A stretch of 52,774 nucleotides of DNA, the filler included, from Dirinaria sp. TL-2023a (lineage: Eukaryota), in assembly GCA_051941275.1 (NCBI GenBank). It is 2 parts of 2 records of this genome, joined end to end, with 100 filler letters (N's around TTAATTAATTAA, not from the genome) between each part and the next. Parts side by side here need not be neighbours in the genome. Positions count along the whole stretch, not along the records: positions 26,491 to 52,774 come from JAVEBF010000164.1; 1 more part is not named here. One strand, written 5' to 3'. The position numbers and the translations under genes are program-made. The notes under the pieces are model-generated. The model saw only the letters and a program-made list of their open reading frames with translations. It was not told the DNA's origin and did not search any database. This document shows positions 35,067-47,300 of the stretch, piece after piece (position 1 is the stretch's first letter; each line of letters starts with the position of its first letter).

Positions 35067-37306
35067 TCAAAGCTTGGCTTTGTTAGCGCTAGAAGGAGAC
35101 GGACCAAAATTGTCCTTGCTGTCTGCAATAGCCTCAATACTCGATGGATCGATCTTGATGGTACTCTTGGCGGCGTCCTCGTCGGTATCCGAAGTATCCT
35201 CAGCTTTAGAAACTGTATCCTTATTGCTAGGATTAGTCGCAACGCTTTCCATGGGCGTATTGACCCCAGCTGAAGCTGTACTCCCTACGAGGGTATTGCT
35301 ACCAATTGAGGTTGTCTCGTATGATGTACGCTTAACCGCAGCGGTAGCACAAGGGCTCTCAGTTGTCGGACCGATCGAAGTCGAATAAGCTGGAAACATA
35401 TTCTGCAGCTGCGACTTCGCCATTGGGACTGCATTCGTATTCGTACCCAAGAGCGACTGAGAGTTCATAAATGTCCTTTGAAGTGATCAGTAAGGAATGA
35501 TAGAAGAGCATGTGTTTTTGCTGCTTACCCAGGTGACACCGATGACTGACGTCTCCAGGATCCGCTTGAACGAGTCCCGTTGGACTGTAAGGGGCTTGAG
35601 TAGAGAGGGGTCATTGCCGAGCGATAAAAAGGCGAAGATGGGCCAAATGCTTCCATGTTATATTCATTGGCTTTGAACCCACGATGTGCGGCAGACTCTT
35701 CCTTGAGCTTCTTCTGCGCCTGACTATCAGCATAGCGGAGCTGAAGCAGTGTATCATCCTCTCCAATACGCATTGGGTGCTTGTTGAAGTGGTCCAGGAC
35801 TTGCTCGCATATTTCATGGGTTTCGAACCTTGAAATCAGTGTTAGTAGAGGCAACAGGATGTCTACCTTCTCTACTAACCGGACAAAGCCTACTCCACGA
35901 CTGATTCCCTGCTCATCCTTCAAGACCTTGGTCGACGTGACCTTGAACTGCGGGAACACTTTGGTGAAGAGGGCCTTTAGCTCCTACTAGGGTGTTAAGC
36001 CACAAGCCAGTCCAACGGCAAGGCCGGTCTTGCGAGTGGTGCTTACATTCTCAGTCATGACCTTGGGGAGATAAGAGACATAAAGGTTGTTGTTCTCTGG
36101 GTCCGCACAGTTCTTCAAACGCTCGTTATGGGATTGCTCAAGTCGTGTTAGCATTGCATGGAAGACGGTAGAGTATCTTCGAGCATACCTTGGCAAACTT
36201 GGCCTCGTAACCCAGGTAATAGAAGCAGCGAATACAGTTCTCAGCGTCTGTATAATTGTGGTACATAAGAAACCCAAACCTGTAAGGTGTGAGTATGGCC
36301 GGTAATGAACGGTGCTAAAGCCCCCTTACCCTTTACATCCACCAGTACGTAAGTCGATGATGGCTTTGCAGCTCACGATGTCACCATAGCGCGATCCGTA
36401 GCCTTCAAGCTTCTCGTCTGTCGTATCTGGATGGAGCCCTCGGATGTAGACGTTGGTAGTCCCATGCTCGTTGTCTAGTATCTTATCGAATGTACCACGT
36501 CCAGAGTCTTTCGTCAGCCTAGCAGGAACAGCGACAGGTATTCTGGGTTCGGCTCGAGTAATGGTGTAGTAGTCAACGTATTCATAACCCCCATCTCTAG
36601 TCCGCCATATTTGCTCGAATGGGAAATGTTGGGCTAATTGAATTGGCGACGGCTCTTGCCACGGGCTAAGCGAGTTGTCACCTGCAATGTTTGGAAAGGT
36701 TGCATTCGGAAAGGTCCCAAAGTTGAAAGGGGTATGCGGTGAAGGAGACCCTTCATTTGACGACAGGGAAGTACGACGGGGTGCAGCAAGCTCGGGTACA
36801 TCAACCGGTACCTGCTGAGAAGATTCCCACGTGCTGGGACGTGCAGTACCGATAAGACCTTGTGGAGTAGAAGAAGCAAAGCTATTGTATGTTGGTTGGT
36901 AGAGGTAGGGATTTTGACCAAGCCCCATGTTGTAATTTCCTGCGTACTGTTGGTAAGCACCTGGAACGGAGTTCAGACCGGACATGATCATTGTGCCATC
37001 TGGTAGTTGATGGTAGTAGACCTGCCCGTTGGACTGCATTGCGAACACTGAGCCTCCGTTGGTCCCATTTGATACGAACGAATTGTTGCCTTGCTTCCCG
37101 GCACCCATCGAAGCAACATTAGAGAGACTAGTAGCCCCCAAAGCTTGGGTTAAATTACCCATTGCGGCCTGGCCATAGCCAAGGCTGTCGGTTGAGGGAG
37201 GAGGAGTCTGAGTATACAGCGGACCATGGGACTGGTATTGGCCACGACGATACGGGCTGCCGAGGCCGTACGAGCTGGTAGGTTTGGAATTTTGAGGGAA
37301 ATGCAT
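35067..37306 (-). CDS. Two-RRM RNA-binding protein, MSSP/RBMS-Spo5-like; several introns; start codon uncertain
   Basis: RRM1 TTNVYIRGLHPDTTDEKL..SCKAIIDLRTGGCKG|FGF..YEAKFAK. RRM2 NNNLYVSYLP..STKVLKDEQGISRGVGFVR|FETHEICEQV..LQLRYADSQAQKKLK. Low-complexity S/G/Q/N/Y N-terminus. Last exon ends at TGA 35067. Confidence 0.85.
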
Positions 37307-40300
37307 GGTAGACTGCTTGTTGGCAGATCTCTCTGAAAGGAGCAAGGATAAGTAAACATTTGATGAAAATGATGAGGTGATTTGTAGAGAAAACAACAAG
37401 CCGACAATATTAGCCTGACAGAGAAGGCTAGCCCAGCTGCCCGACAATCTCAAAGGAATGGAAAGGTCTACACTGCTGCTAAAAGAGAGTTGAAGAGAGA
37501 TCACCAGCTCGAGGACAAAGGTACGATGGGATGGAGGAAGATGCAGGATGTGTTCAGGAAGTAGCAAGCGTACCAATGCCAGTAGCTTTTGTCTCGTAAT
37601 TGTGCGGCGGTACTGCCCAGGCAGTTGCAAGAGCTGGGAGAGGGATCTAAGATAAAGGTAATTAGTACGCTGGATTTCGAGCCCAACAAAAGGGACCGCT
37701 TACATGAGGTTACAGATCTCTCGTAGACAATGTACAGCTTATGGAGTGAGAACAATGTAAGCTTCGGAGATGAGACCCTTGGGACATCAATACTGCCTTT
37801 CCTCTCTCTCTTTTGCCTCAGACAGGGAACGATGAGCTTACACTGAAGCAGCGGATACAGAGAGATCCGCAGAGATCTGGGCTAGCTCGATAAGATGCGA
37901 GCAAAGAGTAGGATGTGTCGAAGTGAGTATGGAGAAGCAATTTGCAATACTTATTGGACGTGCAAATAGCTGCAGCGGATGATGAGAGGAGAGATGTGAG
38001 AAGTAGTGGGAGATGTGAGGGAGGAAAAAAAAAGAAGATGAGTGAGGGAGTGAGTGAAAGAAGAAGTAAAGAGCCAGGACTGTCTTGGCAGACCCGGATG
38101 AAAAGGCAAGTACGATTGAGGAAGGCTGAGGAGGGCTCAGGAAGGCATCAAGCAGAGAAGATGTGCACGCGGCGGCGCCCTTCTGCCGATTACCCACAGG
38201 TAGAAGGAGCTCCACAGGCAATTAAGGTAAAGTATGCGTGTTTCTTCAGAAAAGGGGGAAAGAGAGATGATGAGCAGTACAGTAAGGTACTTTAGTAAAG
38301 TACCAGTAGACTGACTTTAAGGTACTTGATGAGGTCGGAGATTTTACTCACGACGCAGGTGCAACTGACGTCGTCTGCTGCTCCCAACCCTCCAGGCAAG
38401 TCTCCACATGAGAGAGCCCGCCCACCTTATTATGCATACTGTATCTTACTTTACATGCGTCCGTGGGTGGGAGCAGCATAACAGTGCCATCTTAGGGACC
38501 GCCAGCATCTCAAGCTCACTGCGGCCAGGCTCCGCAATGGAAGGGCGTGTTGCGTCCACAACGGTCCTTTGCGTCAACCTGCGGCAAGGAAGTTGGAGTG
38601 AGAAAGCCATACTCAGACTCGGAACCTGTAAGACGTAACCGGCCATGCCCGGCGAAACGACTGTGTTCCTGGGTGGCCTGTGGATACTTAATCGGCACAT
38701 GGAACGCCTTTGGTTGAAAGTTGGTCGCAGGAATAGCTGTTCTAAACATAATGGGACAATCCACCCCCTTAATGGAGATTCGTTGATCTCTGCAATGGTC
38801 TGATGGCCCTGGCAACTGTACGCTGGCATCAGGAGGGTACCGCTCGACCCAGCTACACTATGCTATCATGGCCTTGCTCCAACCGATGCAGGTCGTCGTC
38901 CACAGACCTTGACAAATCGATCGGCAGGCAGTCCGATTCATATCTCCCTGAAGGAAAGCAAGATGGACAGTGCGCTTGCGTACTTATGCTCACTGTCGAG
39001 ATTTATAGTTTGCCATCGATATTGGATTACCGATTCGGCCAATGACACCTTTGCCATGGCCACTCGATATGCAGCGACGTTGGAAACCAACCCTTGCTCG
39101 AGCACTCCTGCAGCCGTTATTGGCGAAACATTTCCGTCGGTAATCTTCAAAAACGTATTCCTCGAATATTTACGATCTCTGGCAATGTTAGGGATTGTTT
39201 CGAAGACGATATGTTCGACGGAGAAGGGTCTGATATGTCGTTCTACAACGAGTGTCCTGGTAAATACTTATTGGATGAGGTTGAGTTGCGCCAAAGTTAG
39301 TTAGGCCCCCTTTAGATACCTCGCATTGCACCAGGTGATTGCAACGTGTGGCCAGCATTCATCTTCACCTTCATTACTGCGATGCGGCTTCGTTACTACC
39401 TGGAGCACGTTCATGGAAGGATGTAAATAAGCCTCTGTGAAGCATCATCGACTCATTCGACCATCAGACAGGAGCATATAGGTCAAGAATTAAAAACGCG
39501 TTCCAAGACACGGCGCGATCCGAGCGTCCTAACCACCTCGAGCATGAGTTCTCATGACTTCGTTCGTGGTACTCCGTACGCGTACATCTTCATGTGTCTC
39601 ATTCGAGCAGCACCGGGCTTGCAACGCATCCGCTTCCCCAGCCGCAGCAGGGAGTGGTCGAGTGCAAGGTAAGTGGTCAGCCCTATGTGTAAGTTTGAAA
39701 CACTAGATGGAGATTCCAGGGTCATCCTTCCACTGTGGCTCCAGGAACCCACTGCGGAGTCGTTACAGATTGTAGAGAGTACACACTGGGTTTTGAAAGA
39801 ACATGGAATTGTCTTTGCAGCTTGAATCCACGGCTTCTCGCATGAAAACTTGGAGATCAAATTTTTCCCTGTGTCTAGCAGCCTCGCCTGTACATTACAA
39901 CAGCTTTAGCACCGGATGGGGCGTTATTCAGTCCTGCTCGAGAATGCCATGGCTTCATGTTGGCCATGGAGTAGGTGGTTGCATATTCATCTATGTATCA
40001 AGATCGATCAGAGAATATTTCAAGATGCGCAGTCGAATAAAATAGCGAGCAGATTTATCCTAAGTAGCGAAATCATCAGGTTCAAAGTTCGGAGCAGCAG
40101 CCGACCGAGCTCAAGCAATGCGGAGCACCTCGTGTGGAGAGCGTTGCGGAGAATTAAAGGCAGTTCCCTATCAAGCTGCACATCGCCTTGCTTCATGCAT
40201 CGTCTAGCGACAACCTGATGTTATGCTTAATGTGCTGCAGTGGAGACAGCCACCAAAGTCCGTGCTTCTGGGCATCACTGTGTCGATTTTGCATTGTTTA

Positions 40301-40808
40301 TTTGACTCAACATTTTCTTGGACTTCTCCGATGAGTGTGGTAAGAGGTTCTGGATTATGAGGGAACAGGATCACTGCCATATGGCACAGCAGCAAGGAGT
40401 TCGCTGTTGCTGCTATGAAGAGACAATGGAAAAAGAACACTAAGATGGTGCCATGATTACTGACATACTAAGGTGCAGTCAAGCATTACTCTGTGCGAAT
40501 ATTCTCTGCAATTTAGCCAGGCTCCTCTTTGGAAACTACTCATCTAGCCCACGGTCTCAGATCAGGGCATGCAATGATCATAGTCCTTCAAACTGCTGAC
40601 AAGCGCCCCTATTTCTATGCTGCCTTTGGCGCCTTCTATTTACCATTAACAACTATGCAGGCTAAAAGAAATGAACGTGCTGAGCAAATCATCCAGCACA
40701 CGCACCTTTGCGAAAACCAAATAGTCTAAGGTACATCAACCTTAAGAGTAAACCGCTCAAAGATCATCTTCCCCCCTTCCTCGCTCCCTTCTTCGACTGC
40801 AAAGGAAT

Positions 40809-42957
40809 CTAACTCCATACATCCTCCTGGTACTGATTGCTACTCCTCATACTCTTGACCACCGCTTCCGCCTTCTCCGCGCTTACGCCTCGTTTTTCAG
40901 CAATGATCTGTCCGAGCACGACACTCACTTCCCGTGCCATATTGGCCGCATCACCGCAGACATAGAAGTTCGCCTTCTGCGTAAGTAGCTCATTGACCAA
41001 GTCGGCGTTCTCCTGGAGCCGCTTTTGGACGTAGACTTTTTGTCCAGGGGTCTGTCGGCTAAAGGCGAGAAAAAGCTTGAAAGAGTCGCCGAGGGACGAT
41101 TTGTATGTCTGCATCACTGTGTGAGCCCTGCCAAGAGGTATTTAATCAAGAGCATTGAGAACTTACGCTCCACTCGTCTTTATACAGGAAATCCTCTGTT
41201 TCTCTCCTGCATCCGTAAAACAGCACAGTCGTACCCACTTTCTCTCCCGCCGCCGCTTGTGCCGCTCGTTCTTGGATGAAACCCCTAAAGGGTGCCACGC
41301 CAGATCCAGGCCCGACCATGATTATTGGTTTCGAGGGATCGGAGGGGAGTTTGAAGTTCGAATGTCGAACATGCACGGGCACATGGATCCCGTCGTACTT
41401 ATTCCTTGGCCCTGTGATCGCGTAGGTCAAGCCGTGAGGATCCGGGTTCGGTTCGCCGTGCTGCTTCTGTTTGAGTGCGAGGAGATAATTCGTCGTTACC
41501 CCCTTGACGATGTTTTCTTGGGGACCGGGGACCCTGGTCTCCTCGACCACGGCGGTGATACTGATCTTCTTCTGCTGCACCAGTGATGAGGACGAAATCG
41601 AGTAGTAACGCGGTTGAATCTTGTTCACGCTTTCGATCATGAGAGAAAATGGGATCTTGGTCCATGGACCAGGTTTGACGCGTTCAAGGAGTTGGGCAAT
41701 GTTGAGATACTGTGAAGAGACTTTCTCGTGGAAATAGTCTTTGTCTTCTCCCAATTTCACCATCTCGGCCTTGGAAGCCTCGTCTGGAGAAAAAGCTGCG
41801 AGCGTCGAAACGAATTGCCGGGACACGGGGCCGCAAATCTCCATGTGGTAGCGGATAGCGGCATCGTAGGTGGTCGGTGTTGGGAAGGGAACGCGAGCCG
41901 TCGGGTCAAGACCCTTGACGCTGATAACTGTGTCGCGCTTATCCGCGAGTCCAAGGTTCTTAAGCAATCGGTCGACTTCCTTCCCAGCGTTTGTTGGCCA
42001 GACTGCGATGTGGTCACCGGTTTGGTAGGTGAGATTCGAGCCGCTGATATCGATTTCCATGTGTAGGCAGTTCCTGTCCCTGACAGTGAAAACTTCACGA
42101 GACTCGACGATAGGTGCTATGTAGGGGTTGTGGGAGTTATAAGGACCTTTGGATGTACCCTCCAAGTGGTTCTTGTTGGGTTCGCCAAGATAGACTTCAT
42201 CCGCTTCAGCGCTCAAATCTTCGCGCTCCGTTATGCCAAAGACGGGTTCGTATACGGCTTCACGCTCTTCCAGACCCATCTTCTCGGTTAGAGCGGCCCA
42301 CATTGGCTCTTTCCAGGCCAGGAAATCTTCCTCCATGGTGCCAGCGCCGTCGTCTCCTTCGCCTGCTTCGCCAATACGTACTGCGCCTAGCTTGGTAAGG
42401 GCCGCATTGACTCGACGGACCAAGGCGTTGTAGTGCTCGTAAGTATTGTTGCCCAGACCGAACGCAACGTATTTGAGGTTTGCAAGGGGCTTGTCGTCCG
42501 CGCCGGCCCCGTTAGTGAACGAGACGTCGTCGCCAGTAATGAACTCGTAGAACTCGACCGCGTTGTCTGTAGGTTCTCCCTCGCCGTAGGTAGCGAGTAC
42601 GAACATGGCGATCTTGTCCTCGGGAAAATTGTCGAGGTTGGAATAGTCATAATCCTCCAGGTCTGCTACCATGGTCTTCAGGCCGAACCTCGATGACCCT
42701 TCTTTCGACAACCGAGAGGCGTAATCTTCCGCGGTACCTGTCTGTGAGCCATAAAAGACCACGCAGTTCTTGCTCGTCTCGTCCATCTTCTCGAGGATGT
42801 CCCTCGTCTTGCCTGCCTTGTTGCCATTGGCCAGAGAGTAGGAGCTTGCGTATGGGTCCTTCGGTATGCCCCAATAGGTACCCTTTGTGAAGTATGCAAT
42901 GCTGCCGACAAGGAGAAGGCCGAGCACGATTATATCTAAAGTGTCCAGTTGCGCCAT
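40809..42957 (-). CDS. cprA: NADPH-cytochrome P450 reductase; intron 41166-41109
   Basis: N-terminal membrane anchor, FMN motifs FYGSQTGTAEDYA, ATYGEGEPTDNA, FGLGNNTYEHYN; FAD motif QPRYYSISSS; NADPH motifs IMVGPGSGVAPFRGF and FYVCGDAANMA; C-terminal YQEDVWS*. Confidence 0.98.
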
Positions 42958-44332
42958 GGTGGCCTGACTAGAGCGACGAAGTCAGCCTGATAGAGCGTCT
43001 GTGGCTTCAGCCTTCGAGATACGGCAGTGGCAATGTTCTTGACTGTCAATAACGAGGATATCGTGCTGAGTTCGAAAGTCCCGCGGTTCAGAGATAGGAG
43101 AGAAGCAGGAAGAAATTACAGAGTTAGTACCGTCAGCGTGGCGATCCTGCAGCTCTAGCCTCCGACGAGTGGAAGGCTCTGCATATGGCTGTTCAACAAT
43201 CTTTGCGCACAACAAATCCCCAAGATCCACGCCTTGAGGCAGGTTGAAATAGTCCTCTCTTCCCAACTTCAAGAAGAGCGCGAGGAGATCTTCGTTGTGC
43301 GGAATGATCGTTTCTCTACCCCGAGACTATGTTAGTTGTTAGATACGCTCCGATGAGTCCGGTCCGATGCCGCCAAGCCCCTCAGCTGAGCTGAACCGTG
43401 GTAGACAAAGATCGCAGGGCACAACTTGGACAGTCAGAACTGAGCTTCTATCCTTGATTATATGAAAGTTAGTGGCACGATGATGGGAGACTTGTAGATA
43501 GGCACTTTAAGTAAGCAAAGCTTAGAATACTGGAGGGAACCGACTAAGCGCTAAAATGATTCATCGATGTGTGCGCAGAGAGAGGCAAGGATGTTCTGGC
43601 CCATATTAATACTCTACTGTACTGTGCCTAAGCCTTACATTATATTTCAGCTGATTACCCTCATTCTTATCGATTAGACAAGTTCCCACGAAACGAAACC
43701 GAAACTCAAAACCCTCCATTATTGAGATCTACTTTCTACCATTCAGGAGATCTAGTGCTAGTGATGTGGTCTAAGGGGAATGCTTTTTACATGGGTGGAA
43801 CAGGTGAGGGCATTATTGAACAGCACTGTAGATATGTATCTGACCAGTCATGTCGCTCTGCTCTCTGTGGTCTGTTTTCCAGTGTCAGGCTTGTCGGAGG
43901 TCATGCAAGACATCAATTGGACTAGACCCCTGCAGGCGTCTTCTTTAGCTGATCACTACCTGGATGAGTACCATAGTCTGTAGCCGAAGCACGTTGTACT
44001 ACCCACTCTAGCCACTGAGCCACCACCTAAAGTATCTTCCCTAGTCCTCTCCCACTGTACCTAAAGGCCCAGGCCAAGACTAATGTAGGTCAAGGTAAGA
44101 ACGGTACCTTGTACCTTACCGAGCTTACTTCCATGGCTTCCATCTTGACCTTGGATACCATGGCACACAACTGAACTGACTGAACAGGATGTCCATCCAC
44201 CACCTGTCCTAGGAAATCCTGGCCATGGCACCACACATGTTATTTCGGTTGCAATATTGTCGGGCTTGAGAGCATCATCGTCTGACTTGGTCAGTGCCGA
44301 AGAGAATACCACAGCCTGCACAAAGATGCATC

Positions 44333-47300
44333 ATGGGTGAGCCTTCTTACGATCCTGCAGTCCACTGACAATCCATGATCATTCATCCTGTATTCTCTAA
44401 CTCACGATATCTACAGCTGGTGTCCCACAAACTCCAAAAAATAGACAGTATCCTCCTGCTGCAGACCTAAACCAGCCGCCATACTACACCCTACCATCCC
44501 AGCCCGACACAAATGGATTCACGACGCTTTCGCGCAGTGGGTCTCAATCTCGAGATTCTTCCGCCTCTCGAGGACGTGTGCCAGCGCCCAATACATCAGC
44601 TCTGCCAGTCCATCAAGGTGGATCAACGCTATCTCCACGCTCGCAATCCAGCGCACCAACCACACATTCTCCAGCCGGGCTCACAAGCAATGTAGAGCGT
44701 CGACCTTCCCTGACTCAAAACCATTATCGTCAAGCGTCCAGACCGCACGGTCCACCTGCTCATTCACGAAATGCAAGTTTTGTCAATTCGTCGGCAGCGA
44801 GCTCTTTGCTTATCGGCTCCAACGCGGCTGTCGGAGTTTCTGAGTTCTCAAGCTTGGGCATGCATCAGAATGGAATGTCCGATACTCGTTCTCACGAGTC
44901 GCCCTCTAGCACGCTGCACAGCTCCACGTCTAGCCAGGCTGCGAGCCAAGAAGGAGGCGATGCCGTCAGACAAGGCAGCGGGTCAAGGAGAACGACGAGA
45001 CCCACCGACAATCGTTTACGCCGAGGTCATAGTCACCAGCACTCCCAGGTGAAGCATCCGCATGCGCAGGAGCAGAAGTCCGTGAGCCAATGGACCCTAC
45101 ACCATCTCTTTAATTCTGTAAGCTGGCCGATAATGTACCCTCCCAGTTACTTACACACAGCAGTTCATTGCGCAAGCAGACTTTAAGATCAGCCAGTGCA
45201 TACTAGACCCTGGGGAACATGAAAGACAAGTGGAAGATATATGTGAATACGGCGTAGATCCTGGTTTCGACCAGCTGATTTCAGCACTTGGACATATTGC
45301 ACGCCAAAGACCTAAGTTCCTTATCGACACAATTATGCTATGGCGGAAGACTAAAGGTGATGAGGCGGCGAAAGCCAAGTCGGATGCTTTTCTGGTTCGT
45401 AATTAGTAAGGCTCATTTGAGACGTGCTAATCTTTGCTAGGATCGATCCCCTCAGACACTGCAACGTGGCTTGCCTAGAAGAAATACCGACTTGTCTGAC
45501 AGTTTGCCGTTGGTTACTGCTACGGAACACACCAAGTATCCCGTGTCTCCCTCTCTGCATGACATTTCAATTCAGGCTGATCGTCGGTCCGCTGTCTCGA
45601 TTTACCTTCTTTGTCGCATCTTGATAGAAGTGTACAATCAGACTAACCTAGCATCATTGACTCCGCAACTAGCTGCCAAGTTGGAGGATATCATCTTTAC
45701 CCAACTGAAGCAGATGGATCGCGATCAACTTGCTTCGCCGTTTCAGCGCGCAAACTTTTGCATCTACTGCCAGCTGCTCGGTGTCATGAGTGGGATGAAC
45801 CTCCAGGGCGTGACTCAGCGGTTCATCTCGGAATTGAGGAGCCATCAAAAAGAAGTGAATGTCAAAGGTGCAACATCGAAAGACATTGAAGATCGGCTGG
45901 TACTCATCATTTTTGCCACGAGGTATTTGCGTCTCAAAATTCAGCCGGAGTCTGCTTGGAAAGAATCAGCCGATTTTCTTCTTGTATTGGCGGATTTGTT
46001 TCTCAATTGTCACGGTCAAAACATTAAGTACGCCTACTGTCAGGCCCTCAGCGACCTGCTCTTCCCGATTGCATCTTCGGCCAGCCCATACGTCAATACT
46101 CCTCGATGGAAAGAGTTTCTGAGTGCCATCAATTCGCGGCTTTCTTCTATGCTGAGTAAACCCCGACACTGGGCGCATGCATCTGGCCTGTCAACTTTGA
46201 TATTATGTGCGTCTCCACTCGAGATATTCGCTCCACAGTGGTTTTCCGCTGTCACGTCCATGCAGGGTAAGCTCAAGGATCGCGCGACCCGGGCATTTGC
46301 TCTTCAGTCAACTTGTCGCCTTATGTGGACCTATCTAGACCGAGTCAATGAGCCTGTGGGTTCAAAGATTCGTAAAATCGAAGACATGATGAAAATGGTT
46401 CTACAGACCGGAAAGAAGGGCTACCTTTCAACCGAGCCTGCTTTTGCAGATACAAAGGTCGAAATGATTCGCATCGTAGGATATCGGTATCCGGAGTTCT
46501 GTTTTACTAAGCTCGTCTATCCCATGATACACGCCGATATATTTACACAAGGCAAAGAACCCAAACCAGAACAACTTGATCCTGAGCGAATGGTAATTGG
46601 TATCCGCGCATTCCTAGCAATCATGTCAGATCTAGAGAAAGTAGGAGACGGCCGACCACCATTCCCCCGCTTTGCGACAGCGGAGCCGCCAATGGATTAT
46701 TCAAGCTTCGAGAGCCTAAACCAAGATCCAAAGACGAGTCCAAAGTCCAGTCAAGCTGACCAGTCCTTGAGTCCCGTGGCGACTGCCTGTTTGGATGATG
46801 CCACAAGAAAACACTACACGAGGTTTTGCGAGATTCTGGGCAAGATTACCTTATTTTGTGATAGCACCTTTGGAGGTCAAGCTGTGCTAGATGAAAAGTT
46901 CGCTGGAATCACGCCAAAAACACCGATGTCCGATACCTTCAGCTTTGTGCGCAAAGACGACCATCTGGCAATGAGTGATCAACGTCAGGGCTTTTATGAT
47001 CTATTGCATGTTGCAGTTCAGGCTCTACCTCGCTGCTTGTCTGCACATATCTCTTTGAATTCTTTGATCAACCTCATGTGTACGGGGACTGCTCATGTTC
47101 GTTCTAGTATTGCTGTGTCATCCGCTCAATCCCTGAAATCAATCGCCCGACAGGGGCACGCGCAGCCTGTCACGATAGGCTTCGCAAGGTTTATATTGAA
47201 ATTCGACACCCAATACGCCACGATGTCAGATGAAGGTCTGCTAGGGCCAGGCCACATAGAGAATACCCTACATCTATACGTTGAACTGCTTCAAATCTGG

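Noticed and set aside
37307..37630. 108-aa N-terminal extension of the RRM protein given by the ORF track
   Set aside because: Starts at a non-ATG codon and reads like pyrimidine-rich 5' UTR or intron; the first in-frame ATG is at 37306.
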